64,000 nucleotides of DNA, from the NCBI GenBank assembly GCA_037620805.1, contig JASJLI010000099.1:3211-67210 (forward strand), given 5' to 3'. This document shows positions 56,126-64,000 of the stretch, piece by piece. Source of the stretch: Akkermansiaceae bacterium. Lineage in GTDB: Bacteria; Verrucomicrobiota; Verrucomicrobiia; Verrucomicrobiales; Akkermansiaceae. Below the pieces are notes generated by a model. That model ran no database searches. It was not told where the DNA came from and saw only the letters and a list, made by a program, of their open reading frames with translations. Position 1 is the stretch's first letter; the number at the start of each line of letters is the position of its first letter. Made by a program: the position numbers and the translations under genes.

Positions 56126-57988
56126 ATGACGACACTGGCAATCGCACTCGGGGCATTTATTCTCTACATCATCGCTTACAACACGTATGGCAAATGGCTT
56201 GCTCGGAAGATTTTTAAACTCGATCCCGATGCCAAGGTTCCCTCGGTAGAGCTTGAGGACGGTAATGACTACGTGCCAACGTCCAAGGGAGTTGTCTTCG
56301 GACATCACTTTACTTCGATTGCTGGGACGGGGCCTATCGTGGGGCCAGCGCTGGCCGTGATGTGGGGCTGGGTGCCGGCGCTAATTTGGGTGCTTTTTGG
56401 ATCGATATTCATCGGGGCCGTTCACGATTTTGGAGCACTGATCGTCTCGATGCGCAACAAAGGGCAAACGGTGGGGGATATAGCAGGGCGTGTGATTTCA
56501 CCTCGAGTGAGGGTTTTGTTTTTACTGATTCTCTTTATGGCGCTGACCATTGTGTTGGCCATTTTTGGTCTGGTTATCGCAGCGGTCTTCAAGACCTACC
56601 CGCAGTCGATCGCGCCATGCCTGATCCAGATTCCACTGGCGGTTCTGATCGGTATGTTCATTCACCGTAAGGGTGGAAATATCCTGATAGCATCCGTCGT
56701 ATCATTGGTGCTGATGTATCTGTCTGTCCTCTACGGTGACGCTGGATGGTTGGGGCAGATGAATGCATATCTCAAAGACTGGCCACTGATGACATGGGTG
56801 ACTGTGTTGTTAGTATATTCCTATATTGCCTCGGTGTTACCGGTGTGGGCATTACTGCAGCCGCGCGACTACATCAACTCGCTCCAGCTACTCAGTGCTC
56901 TGGGGCTTATCATGATAGGTCTGGTGGTCGCTGGGCTGTTTAATGGAGCTCCGGTAGACGGTGTCCGTCCGGCTTTGGAAATTGCCGCTCCGATGCTTGA
57001 GACGTCGCTCGAGGCTAAACAGTTGCCGATGATTTTCCCCTTCCTCTTTATTACCATTGCCTGTGGAGCTATTTCCGGCTTCCACTGCCTTGTTTCCTCG
57101 GGGACATCTTCGAAGCAGTTGCGTTGTGAAACGGATGCCAAGTTCGTGGGATACGGCTCGATGCTTACTGAGGGGTTTCTGGCCGTTCTGGTGATCCTCG
57201 CCTGTGTTGCAGGTTTGGGTCTTGGGATCAGCGATGGAAATGGTGGAGTCTTACTTGGCACGGATGCCTGGGATGCGCGTTACACAGGGTGGACGTCGAT
57301 GAGTGGCCTTGGAGCCAAGGTGGGCGCCTTTGTTGATGGCTCGGCCAATTTTTTGAAAGCTCTCGGTATCTCAGCCACCTTTGCCACCGCTTTGATGGGT
57401 GTGTTTGTAGCTTCGTTTGCTGCCACCACGCTGGATACGGCCTGTAGGCTCCAACGTTACGTCGTGCAGGAACTCGCAGCTAGCTTCATCAGACCGAAGA
57501 ATAAAGACGAGACCGACGAAGCTCCTATTTCCTCGATACATCTATCGGCTAATCCCATCAGCTGGCTGGTCAATAAACACGGAGCCACTCTATTTGCCAT
57601 TTCCATCGCATGGTGGATGGCATCTCTGCCAGCTGCCCCAGGCAAGGATCCCGGGACTGGTGGACTTATATTATGGCCTCTATTTGGCGCCACCAACCAG
57701 CTGCTCGGTGGCTTGGCTTTTCTCGTGATTATTTTCTGGATGCGACGTCAACGTATGCCGGTCTGGTTTGTTGCGATTCCAGCCTTTTTCATGCTGGTCC
57801 TTCCTGCTTGGGCGATGGCTTACCAGATATTTGGTCAAGCCGTAGGGTCTACCCAGAGCTGGATCGAGCAGGAGCGGTGGCTCTTGGTCGGCATTGGGAC
57901 AATTTCTCTGATTCTCGAAGCCTGGATGGTTGTTGAGGGTGCCGTCGCGTGGAAGAAATTAGGCAAAACTTCTCAGGATCAAGGGTGA
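56126..57988 (+). CDS. cstA: Carbon starvation protein A family transporter
   Basis: 620-aa polytopic protein with GHHFTSIAGTGPIVGP, the CstA hallmark. Confidence 0.92.
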   Translation: MTTLAIALGAFILYIIAYNTYGKWLARKIFKLDPDAKVPSVELEDGNDYVPTSKGVVFGHHFTSIAGTGPIVGPALAVMWGWVPALIWVLFGSIFIGAVHDFGALIVSMRNKGQTVGDIAGRVISPRVRVLFLLILFMALTIVLAIFGLVIAAVFKTYPQSIAPCLIQIPLAVLIGMFIHRKGGNILIASVVSLVLMYLSVLYGDAGWLGQMNAYLKDWPLMTWVTVLLVYSYIASVLPVWALLQPRDYINSLQLLSALGLIMIGLVVAGLFNGAPVDGVRPALEIAAPMLETSLEAKQLPMIFPFLFITIACGAISGFHCLVSSGTSSKQLRCETDAKFVGYGSMLTEGFLAVLVILACVAGLGLGISDGNGGVLLGTDAWDARYTGWTSMSGLGAKVGAFVDGSANFLKALGISATFATALMGVFVASFAATTLDTACRLQRYVVQELAASFIRPKNKDETDEAPISSIHLSANPISWLVNKHGATLFAISIAWWMASLPAAPGKDPGTGGLILWPLFGATNQLLGGLAFLVIIFWMRRQRMPVWFVAIPAFFMLVLPAWAMAYQIFGQAVGSTQSWIEQERWLLVGIGTISLILEAWMVVEGAVAWKKLGKTSQDQG

Positions 57989-58125
57989 AAACGGATATGC
58001 CAGCATTCCTTAAAACCAATACAGAAGGAATAGTGGCACCTTCAATCGTCTACCTTGACCATTCAGGTGGCCTGGATTTTATGAATCCAAGATAGTTAAT
58101 TTTACTAGATAAGATTTGTTGGGTT

Positions 58126-58156
58126 AAACATTCGTTCAGATGAATGTTTTTATAAT
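58126..58156 (+). terminator. AT-rich hairpin plus T tract about 140 nt downstream of cstA
   Basis: AAACATTC-8 nt loop-GAATGTTT followed by TTATAATT. Confidence 0.4.
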
Positions 58157-58423
58157 TAGACGTGATTTACCCCTAACTATGAGGATTCGGTGTGCAGGTG
58201 GGGTGTTTTTTATCTATGGTTATATAGATAGTTAAGAGGGGTTCATATCAAATTTTGTTAGGTATGACGGGTGTCGTTAGTTTGGCCTGTTAGTCCGACT
58301 TGCGTTGAAGGGCAAAGATCGTCTTAAATACGCATGTGTGTCGCACTGGCCGTACTCTGAACTGCTTAGGCATCGATGAAATACACCACCAAAAGCGAAA
58401 AAAACCAACCAGCCCTTACTAAA

Positions 58424-58750
58424 ATGAAGACAACTACACTAATACGAATGGCTGCATAAGTAGTTCTTGCCGCGCCTGCGTTTGCACAGTCGGGCACACT
58501 TGCCCACTGGGACTTCGTTGACGGTGCTATCGGCTAGGCCTCCCTCCAGCCAGTGGACCTCTGCATTGATTGCATGACTCCTAAGAAAGTCTATACTGAA
58601 GGGCTCAGCTACAGCTGGAGCACAATCGATAGTGAAGACGGCTCATCCGTTGGAGCCAACTGCTACCGCGGTTGGAGTTTTAACGACCGCGGTCAATGGC
58701 ACACACGTATGTGTTCCTGAACCGTCATTCGCAGCCCTCATGGGACTTTA
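58424..58750 (+). pseudogene. Decayed PEP-CTERM-type secreted protein gene
   Basis: MKTTTLIRMAA-TAA-VVLAAPAFAQSGTLAHWDFVDGAIG-TAG-ASLQP..., then a frame change to VPEPSFAALMGL-TAG, a PEP-CTERM motif truncated before its TM/Arg tail. Confidence 0.6.
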
Positions 58751-58791
58751 GTCTAGACATCTATAGACTCGTTAACTAAGCTCCGCACCCC

Positions 58792-59508
58792 ATGCGCGTT
58801 CTAATATTGAGCTTTCTCATGCTGGCTTATTCAGGGATTTCCGGGCTAGCCCCTGCGGCCATGGCTGCTCCTTCTGTAAGCAGCCAGCGTCACATTATTC
58901 TTTGCGGTGGCCCCGCACTTCGAAAGTGGGAAAATCTGCGCGTTCAGCGGGATCAGCACGATCGCTGGTGGGCAAACTTTATCAGAGCATCCACTTTACG
59001 TATGGTGGAGATCCGCCGTGCCTTCGGAAAAGAAGCCAATATCACCTGGCTCGTCTACCGTGCCGGTTATGCAGCCCGTGGACGCGAGGACAGCAAACCC
59101 TACACCACTTGGATCACTGAGCTTGCTGCAAAACGAAAAGTTACCCTCATATGGGTCAATGATGGCACCGGAGCGATCAATGCCATCAATCGTCATCCAT
59201 CGAACTCTGTCGTGTCATTCGATTTTTTTGGTCACTCTAATAAACACTGTTTTCTACTCGACTACAGCGGTGCAATTATGGGAGCCAGTAAGGCATGGAT
59301 CCATGAGGATGACCTCTCCCGTATCCGACGTGGCGTATTTTCACGTAACGCCCAATGCCAGAGCTGGGGCTGCCACACCGGAGAAAGCATGAGCAAGTTC
59401 TGGAAACGTGCAACAGGGCACTCCATGGTGGGTGCAAAGGGCAAGACCAACTTCGAGGCCGTTGGCCAGGGACGCATGCCTACTGTTTCAGGTAGCTGGG
59501 TGCGTTAA
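58792..59508 (+). CDS. Hypothetical secreted protein (no family recognised)
   Basis: Signal peptide MRVLILSFLMLAYSGISGLAPAAMA. Motifs FFGHSNKHC and CQSWGCHTGES. Lies 40 nt upstream of bioB. Confidence 0.6.
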   Translation: MRVLILSFLMLAYSGISGLAPAAMAAPSVSSQRHIILCGGPALRKWENLRVQRDQHDRWWANFIRASTLRMVEIRRAFGKEANITWLVYRAGYAARGREDSKPYTTWITELAAKRKVTLIWVNDGTGAINAINRHPSNSVVSFDFFGHSNKHCFLLDYSGAIMGASKAWIHEDDLSRIRRGVFSRNAQCQSWGCHTGESMSKFWKRATGHSMVGAKGKTNFEAVGQGRMPTVSGSWVR

Positions 59509-59548
59509 TTGCATCCTAATAATTACTTTTTTCTTACCTATTAAATCA

Positions 59549-60559
59549 ATGAAATACGACGAACTTAAAGCCATCTATGATCTCCCATTTTTTGAACTTC
59601 TAAAGCGAGCCCGCGAAACTCACGAGGCTAATTGGCCACAAAATGAAGTCCAGCTTTGCACACTGCTTTCCATCAAAACAGGGGGGTGTTCAGAAGACTG
59701 CTCATACTGTTCGCAGTCGGCTAAAAATAGCTCAGGAATCGAAATTGAGCGACTCATGGAAAAAGACGCCGTGATGGAGCGAGCACTCGCGGCCCGTGCC
59801 AGTGGCTCTACTCGGTTCTGCATGGGAGCCGCATGGAAGGGTGTTAGGAAAGGCACAAAGCGCTTTGACCAAGTCGTGGAAATTATCGAGGATGTATCCG
59901 CACTTGGCATGGAAGTTTGTGTCACCTTAGGAGAGCTCGGCGAAGATGAAGCCGTTGTTCTAAAAGAGGCTGGTGTCACCGCCTATAACCACAACGTGGA
60001 TACCTCCCGTGAACATTATCCCAATGTTGTCACCAGCCATACCTACGATGATCGTCTTAATACGATCCGACACGCACAGAATGCAGGGATGAGCATTTGT
60101 TGCGGCGGTATCCTCGGACTTGGAGAAACCACCGACGATCGCTTGAAGATGATCGAAGTGATCTCTGAGTTTAATCCCCAACCAGAAAGTGTGCCGATCA
60201 ACTCACTGATGCCGATGCCGGGGACTCCACTTGAAGGGTCGAACCCCGTTGAGATTTTTGATGTCGTAAAAATGATCGCCGTCGCGCGTATTGCTTGTCC
60301 AAAGGCGAAAGTTCGTCTCTCGGCTGGTCGAACTCAGATGAGTGAAGAAGGTCAAGCGATGTGCTTCTTTGCAGGTGCTAACTCGATCTTCTACGGAGAT
60401 AAATTACTGACAGCTGAAAACCCAGCCATCAAAAATGACCTGGCATTAATCGAGAAACTCGATCTCCGTGCTCAGGCTCCCAATCCAGCGATGGAGGCAC
60501 CCAAGGCCGAGTGTGACAAACCATTGTCACCTGCTTCACCTTCACCCTGCTGTGGATAA
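59549..60559 (+). CDS. bioB: Biotin synthase
   Basis: KTGGCSEDCSYCSQS radical-SAM cluster. ATG at 59549 (MKYDELKAIYDLPFF) is preferred to the long ORF start at 59408. Confidence 0.95.
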   Translation: MKYDELKAIYDLPFFELLKRARETHEANWPQNEVQLCTLLSIKTGGCSEDCSYCSQSAKNSSGIEIERLMEKDAVMERALAARASGSTRFCMGAAWKGVRKGTKRFDQVVEIIEDVSALGMEVCVTLGELGEDEAVVLKEAGVTAYNHNVDTSREHYPNVVTSHTYDDRLNTIRHAQNAGMSICCGGILGLGETTDDRLKMIEVISEFNPQPESVPINSLMPMPGTPLEGSNPVEIFDVVKMIAVARIACPKAKVRLSAGRTQMSEEGQAMCFFAGANSIFYGDKLLTAENPAIKNDLALIEKLDLRAQAPNPAMEAPKAECDKPLSPASPSPCCG

Positions 60560-60586
60560 TTCACTGCTTTTTTGCGGAAAATAGCC

Positions 60587-61825
60587 ATGAACATCGCCAT
60601 CACCGGCATTGGCCTGACCAGCGGTCTAGGCGACGGTGCAGACGTGCATGTGGAAAAAATTTCCGCAGGCCAACACGCACTCCGACCACTGTCAGGTTTG
60701 TTTGGCGACGACTCCAAACATGCTGGCCTAAACGCCTCATGGATTGAAAACCGGAAGCTGATGCTGTCGCGTAAGTGGGCACCAGCATCCATGCTTTCCC
60801 TCCATGTTGCTAAACAGGCGATCGCAGATGCCGGTCTCACTCAAGAAGAGCTCAACGGCGCTGCCGTCATCGTTGGTAGTAGTCGTGGTAACGTAGCAGG
60901 ATGGGTGTCCGAGTGGCCGACCCGCCGACCCTTCAACCTGATGGCCGCAAGTAACTCAATGCACGGTGAGCTTGCCTCAGCCGTAAGTATTGAACTTGGT
61001 ATCAAAGGCCCCTGGCAAGTGATTTCCAGTGGTTGCGCCGCCAGTCTCGATGCCATGGGGATGGCCTGGATGATGATGCGGCAGGGGATTGTAAAACGTG
61101 CCATCGTCATCGGCGTGGAGTTGCCACTGATCCCAGAAGTCCTACAAGCCTATGAACGAACTGGGGTTTTAGCCACAGGCTCTGTCAACGATCCCTACTC
61201 ACCAGAGGCGGGTGGGTTTTTCCCAGGGGAAGCAGGTGCCGCTGTTATACTGGAATCCGTGGATGCTATTTGTGAACGCCGTAAAGCGATGGAGCCAGCG
61301 TACCCAGGTGGACATCTTACTTCAAAAATAAGCAACGAAGATCAGGCAAACACAATGATCCAAATGACCGGTTATTGGTGTAACTCGGATGCGGATTCTC
61401 CTATCGGAATGCCAAACGATGGCGCAGGTTTACGAGATTGTCTGATCAAGGCCATTGATGATCTAACCGACCAGCCGAGGATCGCAGCCATTTGCCCACA
61501 CGCCAGTGGAACGTTGTTACACGGAAAAGCCGAGCTTGCTGCACTCAGGGCCGCATTACCAGACGACCGCACCATTTCCCTTCATCCCCTCAAGCCGTTT
61601 ACTGGCCATACCGTCGGAGCCAGTGGAATCCTCGATGTAGCCATCCTCGCACGCTACTTACGCGATCAGAAACTCCCCCCCAATCTCCCCGGCAATACAT
61701 GCCCAGGTGAGCGGTTCACACTATCGCCTAACAAGCTATCCAATGAGGGTTCGACGGTGCTAAAGATCTCAGTGGGTATGGGTGGACATAATTCGATCAT
61801 TTCCCTGCGCTCGCCGTCTGTTTGA
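60587..61825 (+). CDS. Beta-ketoacyl synthase (KAS I/II-like, divergent)
   Basis: SSGCAASLDA (Cys), CPHASGT (His), LKPFTGHTVGASG (Lys/His). Lies 28 nt downstream of bioB. Confidence 0.85.
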   Translation: MNIAITGIGLTSGLGDGADVHVEKISAGQHALRPLSGLFGDDSKHAGLNASWIENRKLMLSRKWAPASMLSLHVAKQAIADAGLTQEELNGAAVIVGSSRGNVAGWVSEWPTRRPFNLMAASNSMHGELASAVSIELGIKGPWQVISSGCAASLDAMGMAWMMMRQGIVKRAIVIGVELPLIPEVLQAYERTGVLATGSVNDPYSPEAGGFFPGEAGAAVILESVDAICERRKAMEPAYPGGHLTSKISNEDQANTMIQMTGYWCNSDADSPIGMPNDGAGLRDCLIKAIDDLTDQPRIAAICPHASGTLLHGKAELAALRAALPDDRTISLHPLKPFTGHTVGASGILDVAILARYLRDQKLPPNLPGNTCPGERFTLSPNKLSNEGSTVLKISVGMGGHNSIISLRSPSV

Positions 61826-61838
61826 TCGTTGCGACGGG

Positions 61839-62330
61839 CTAGGGGATTTGTTTTTTAACAAACTCCAGTACCTGCTGACACCCATCTTCAAGCATATCAG
61901 CCACGAGCTCGAATCCTGAGCCATCACCGTAATAAGGATCAGGAACTTCCAGAGTCTGATGGTCTGGACCCTCACAGAACTGAGTGAAGCGTTTGACCTT
62001 CTGCTCAAATTCCGGACTGCCAGCTAGGGCGATCACCCGAGCATAATTATCTTCATCCATGGTGAGGATGAGATCAAACTTCAGATAATCATGCGCTGTG
62101 AACTGTCGGGCGGCTCCAGTTGCCGGAATATCGCGGTTCCTCAAAGTCCGACACATCCGCTTATCGGGTGCTTTCCCAGGGTGGTAATCGTGGGTTCCAG
62201 CAGAATCGATGTTGATTACATCTTCAAGTCCGGCCTGTTTAACTTGATGACGAAAGATGTTTTCTCCCGCTGGAGACCTGCAAATGTTGCCTAAACAGAC
62301 AAAAAGCACGTTGAAAGGCGTTCTTGGCAT
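61839..62330 (-). CDS. Low-molecular-weight protein-tyrosine phosphatase
   Basis: VLFVCLGNICRSP P-loop and DPYYG. ATG at 62330. Confidence 0.9.
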   Translation of the reverse strand: MPRTPFNVLFVCLGNICRSPAGENIFRHQVKQAGLEDVINIDSAGTHDYHPGKAPDKRMCRTLRNRDIPATGAARQFTAHDYLKFDLILTMDEDNYARVIALAGSPEFEQKVKRFTQFCEGPDHQTLEVPDPYYGDGSGFELVADMLEDGCQQVLEFVKKQIP

Positions 62331-62358
62331 GATGGATAGATACTGTAGAATTCCCCCC

Positions 62359-64000
62359 ATGCTGGCAAGGACGATAGCTTGGGTTTGTGGATGTGCGATG
62401 ATAACGTCGGGTGGTTACGCCGAGGGTCTGAAGCCTAATATTCTTGTGCTGCTGGTAGAGCCTGAGTCTCGAGGGAAAGAACAAACAAGGGCCCGCGAAA
62501 TCCTCGATGAACTCCTGCTGAAAGCGGATGACAAATCCACGGCCCTTGCATGGCGTGGCTGCCAGGGGGATTGCCGCTCTTCTGCAAAGTTGTTTGTGCT
62601 GCCAGCATTGCTTTATGGTAAACAGCCATTGGTCAATGGTGTTGTTCACTATCAGGACTGGAGGCGTATTCCTGTTGCTGGTGATAGTATCGCTGCGGAG
62701 TTTAAAAAAGCAGGTTACCACACGGCTTTTTATGGTGGGTGGAAAATGGGGAAATCTGCCCCTTACGATCCTCAAAGCAGAGGGTTTGAGGAAGCCTACG
62801 ATTTAATGTATAGCACGCCTGCCGATAAGTGGGGGCGACTAGAATATAGCAGCACTCCTCGGAAATTGATTCCCGCCGCTATTGTTAAAGCCATGGGTGG
62901 CGAAAAACCGGTATTTGGTATCATCGAACAAAGCTTCAAGCTAAATCCACTGAAACTGGTAAGCTTGTTGAAAGCACAGGCTCTCTCCGAGATGGAAAAG
63001 ACGAAGCGGCCCACCATCATTTTCATGATGCGAGCGACGGTTTCTTATCCCATAGGCTTGAGTGATGATCATAAGGAAACTTATCACAGTCCTGTCAGTT
63101 GGCGTTTATACCATTATGGATTAAAATCGGGTTATCTCGTCGGCGAAAACGCTATTAAATCAAGTCAAACAGATTGGGAACTGCATGCTGGGTTGAGGAA
63201 GTTAATAGGAAAAGTGGATGAAGAAAAAATAGAATTCCGCTTTTTTAATAACACACTTTGGCCCGCGAACGAATCTGCGGATAAACACCGACATCAAGGC
63301 TCACTCGTTGTAGGCAAAGGCTATGCATTGGTTGATGGTCTTGAATTGTATCCGGCAAACAAAAATCTTGAACCAGATCTGACCAAGCCTCTCGATATCG
63401 CCGAAAACCAAAAACTCCACAGCGAGTTACTCCTTGCTCATGCCAATTGGTGGAAGAAAGCTCGGCAGTCTCTGCGTGATACCCGCGCTTTTTCAGTGGG
63501 AGTTGAAGATAAGAAACCAACTCAGTTGACGATTGTCGATTGGCGACCTTCGAAAATTATTTATCCCGATGGCGCCTCGCCAATGTATAAACCGCTGACA
63601 TCTCAAAAAGATTTGTTGGGTATTCTCAAAGGCATGCAGAGTAAGGAATACCGGCAAGATTTTCCGCCCTACTCAGGTAGCTGGTCGGTTAACGTGATAC
63701 GAGCAGGGCGCTATAAGATTACAGCAAGCTTACTGCCCAAGGAAGCGACCAAACCCGAAGAAAAAACCTTGGCCCGACTCCTTGGCGGGCAGGCGTTTTT
63801 TAAACTAGGCCGAAATAAGGTCCAACTCAATCTAGTCAAAGGAGCTAGTGCCGTATCCGTTCTCGTTGACGCCGATGCCGGTGTCACCGATCTCGAGTGC
63901 TGGTTCACTGGGCAGCTCGCACTCGAACGTGAACTCGGCGCCTTTTTCGTAGAGATCGAACGGGTGGGAGATAAAAAATTCGATCTCAAGGCGAAGGAGT
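62359..64000 (+). CDS. Sulfatase-fold homologue with degenerate active-site motifs; 3' end beyond the window
   Basis: Not in the ORF track (open to the edge). Manual translation: MLARTIAWVCGCAMITSGGYAEGLKPNILVLLVEPES...GCQGDCRSSAKLFVL...AGYHTAFYGGWKMG... It aligns motif-for-motif with the sulfatase at 1..595, but DD is replaced by EP and CSPSR by CRSSA. Confidence 0.55.
   Translation, partial: MLARTIAWVCGCAMITSGGYAEGLKPNILVLLVEPESRGKEQTRAREILDELLLKADDKSTALAWRGCQGDCRSSAKLFVLPALLYGKQPLVNGVVHYQDWRRIPVAGDSIAAEFKKAGYHTAFYGGWKMGKSAPYDPQSRGFEEAYDLMYSTPADKWGRLEYSSTPRKLIPAAIVKAMGGEKPVFGIIEQSFKLNPLKLVSLLKAQALSEMEKTKRPTIIFMMRATVSYPIGLSDDHKETYHSPVSWRLYHYGLKSGYLVGENAIKSSQTDWELHAGLRKLIGKVDEEKIEFRFFNNTLWPANESADKHRHQGSLVVGKGYALVDGLELYPANKNLEPDLTKPLDIAENQKLHSELLLAHANWWKKARQSLRDTRAFSVGVEDKKPTQLTIVDWRPSKIIYPDGASPMYKPLTSQKDLLGILKGMQSKEYRQDFPPYSGSWSVNVIRAGRYKITASLLPKEATKPEEKTLARLLGGQAFFKLGRNKVQLNLVKGASAVSVLVDADAGVTDLECWFTGQLALERELGAFFVEIERVGDKKFDLKAKE

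Noticed and set aside
59408-59548. The long N-terminal extension of bioB (ORF start 59408), which overlaps the upstream secreted-protein gene.
   Set aside because: The extension has no homology-like features and overlaps ORF 58792..59508. The conserved BioB sequence begins at MKYDELKAIYDLPFF (ATG 59549).

Overview
A 64-kb chromosomal segment of about 50% GC. Gene content suggests a marine Verrucomicrobiota/PVC-type genome; this is an inference from three sulfatase-family genes, a PEP-CTERM remnant, a pilin-like gene, a lamin-tail-domain protein, a Ser/Thr kinase with lectin-like ectodomains and an Avd/IVS-family four-helix-bundle ORF. Most genes are housekeeping: purM-purF, metH, nrnA-truB-prfA, cdaA, bioD, menG/ubiE, hisC, mnmE, lptF/G, floA, chrA, lipA, a GH10 xylanase, a U32 peptidase, scpA, polA, an rlmI-like gene, cstA and bioB. 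A vapBC pair sits between metH and prfA. I recognised no rRNA, tRNA, CRISPR array, transposase or integrase, and no multi-gene defence-type system. Three things go beyond ordinary annotation. (1) Short tandem arrays with a strict 7-nt period recur across the window. They abut start and stop codons, and in the nrnA-truB-4HB-prfA operon they form long-range inverted repeats. One pair brackets the four-helix-bundle ORF like a 23S-rRNA intervening sequence. Another is a perfect 19-bp pair enclosing the truB start. (2) A 288-nt nested inverted-repeat element lies next to an orphan double-AP2-domain gene between polA and the rlmI-like gene. (3) The window holds an unusual number of gene lesions. Three are single-base losses at or next to homopolymers (ECF sigma, leuD, and a T9 tract in a pilin-like gene). 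Two are in-frame TGA codons, one at a Trp-like position of a TfoX gene. One is a decayed PEP-CTERM gene. These lesions may be sequencing artefacts or real decay or recoding; raw reads are needed to decide. Smaller points are a divergent cdaA/DHH-phosphodiesterase pair with a TM-only CdaR-like mini-ORF, a bioB-ketosynthase pair, and a sulfatase homologue lacking the CxPxR motif. All coordinates come from manual reading; several start codons are uncertain.
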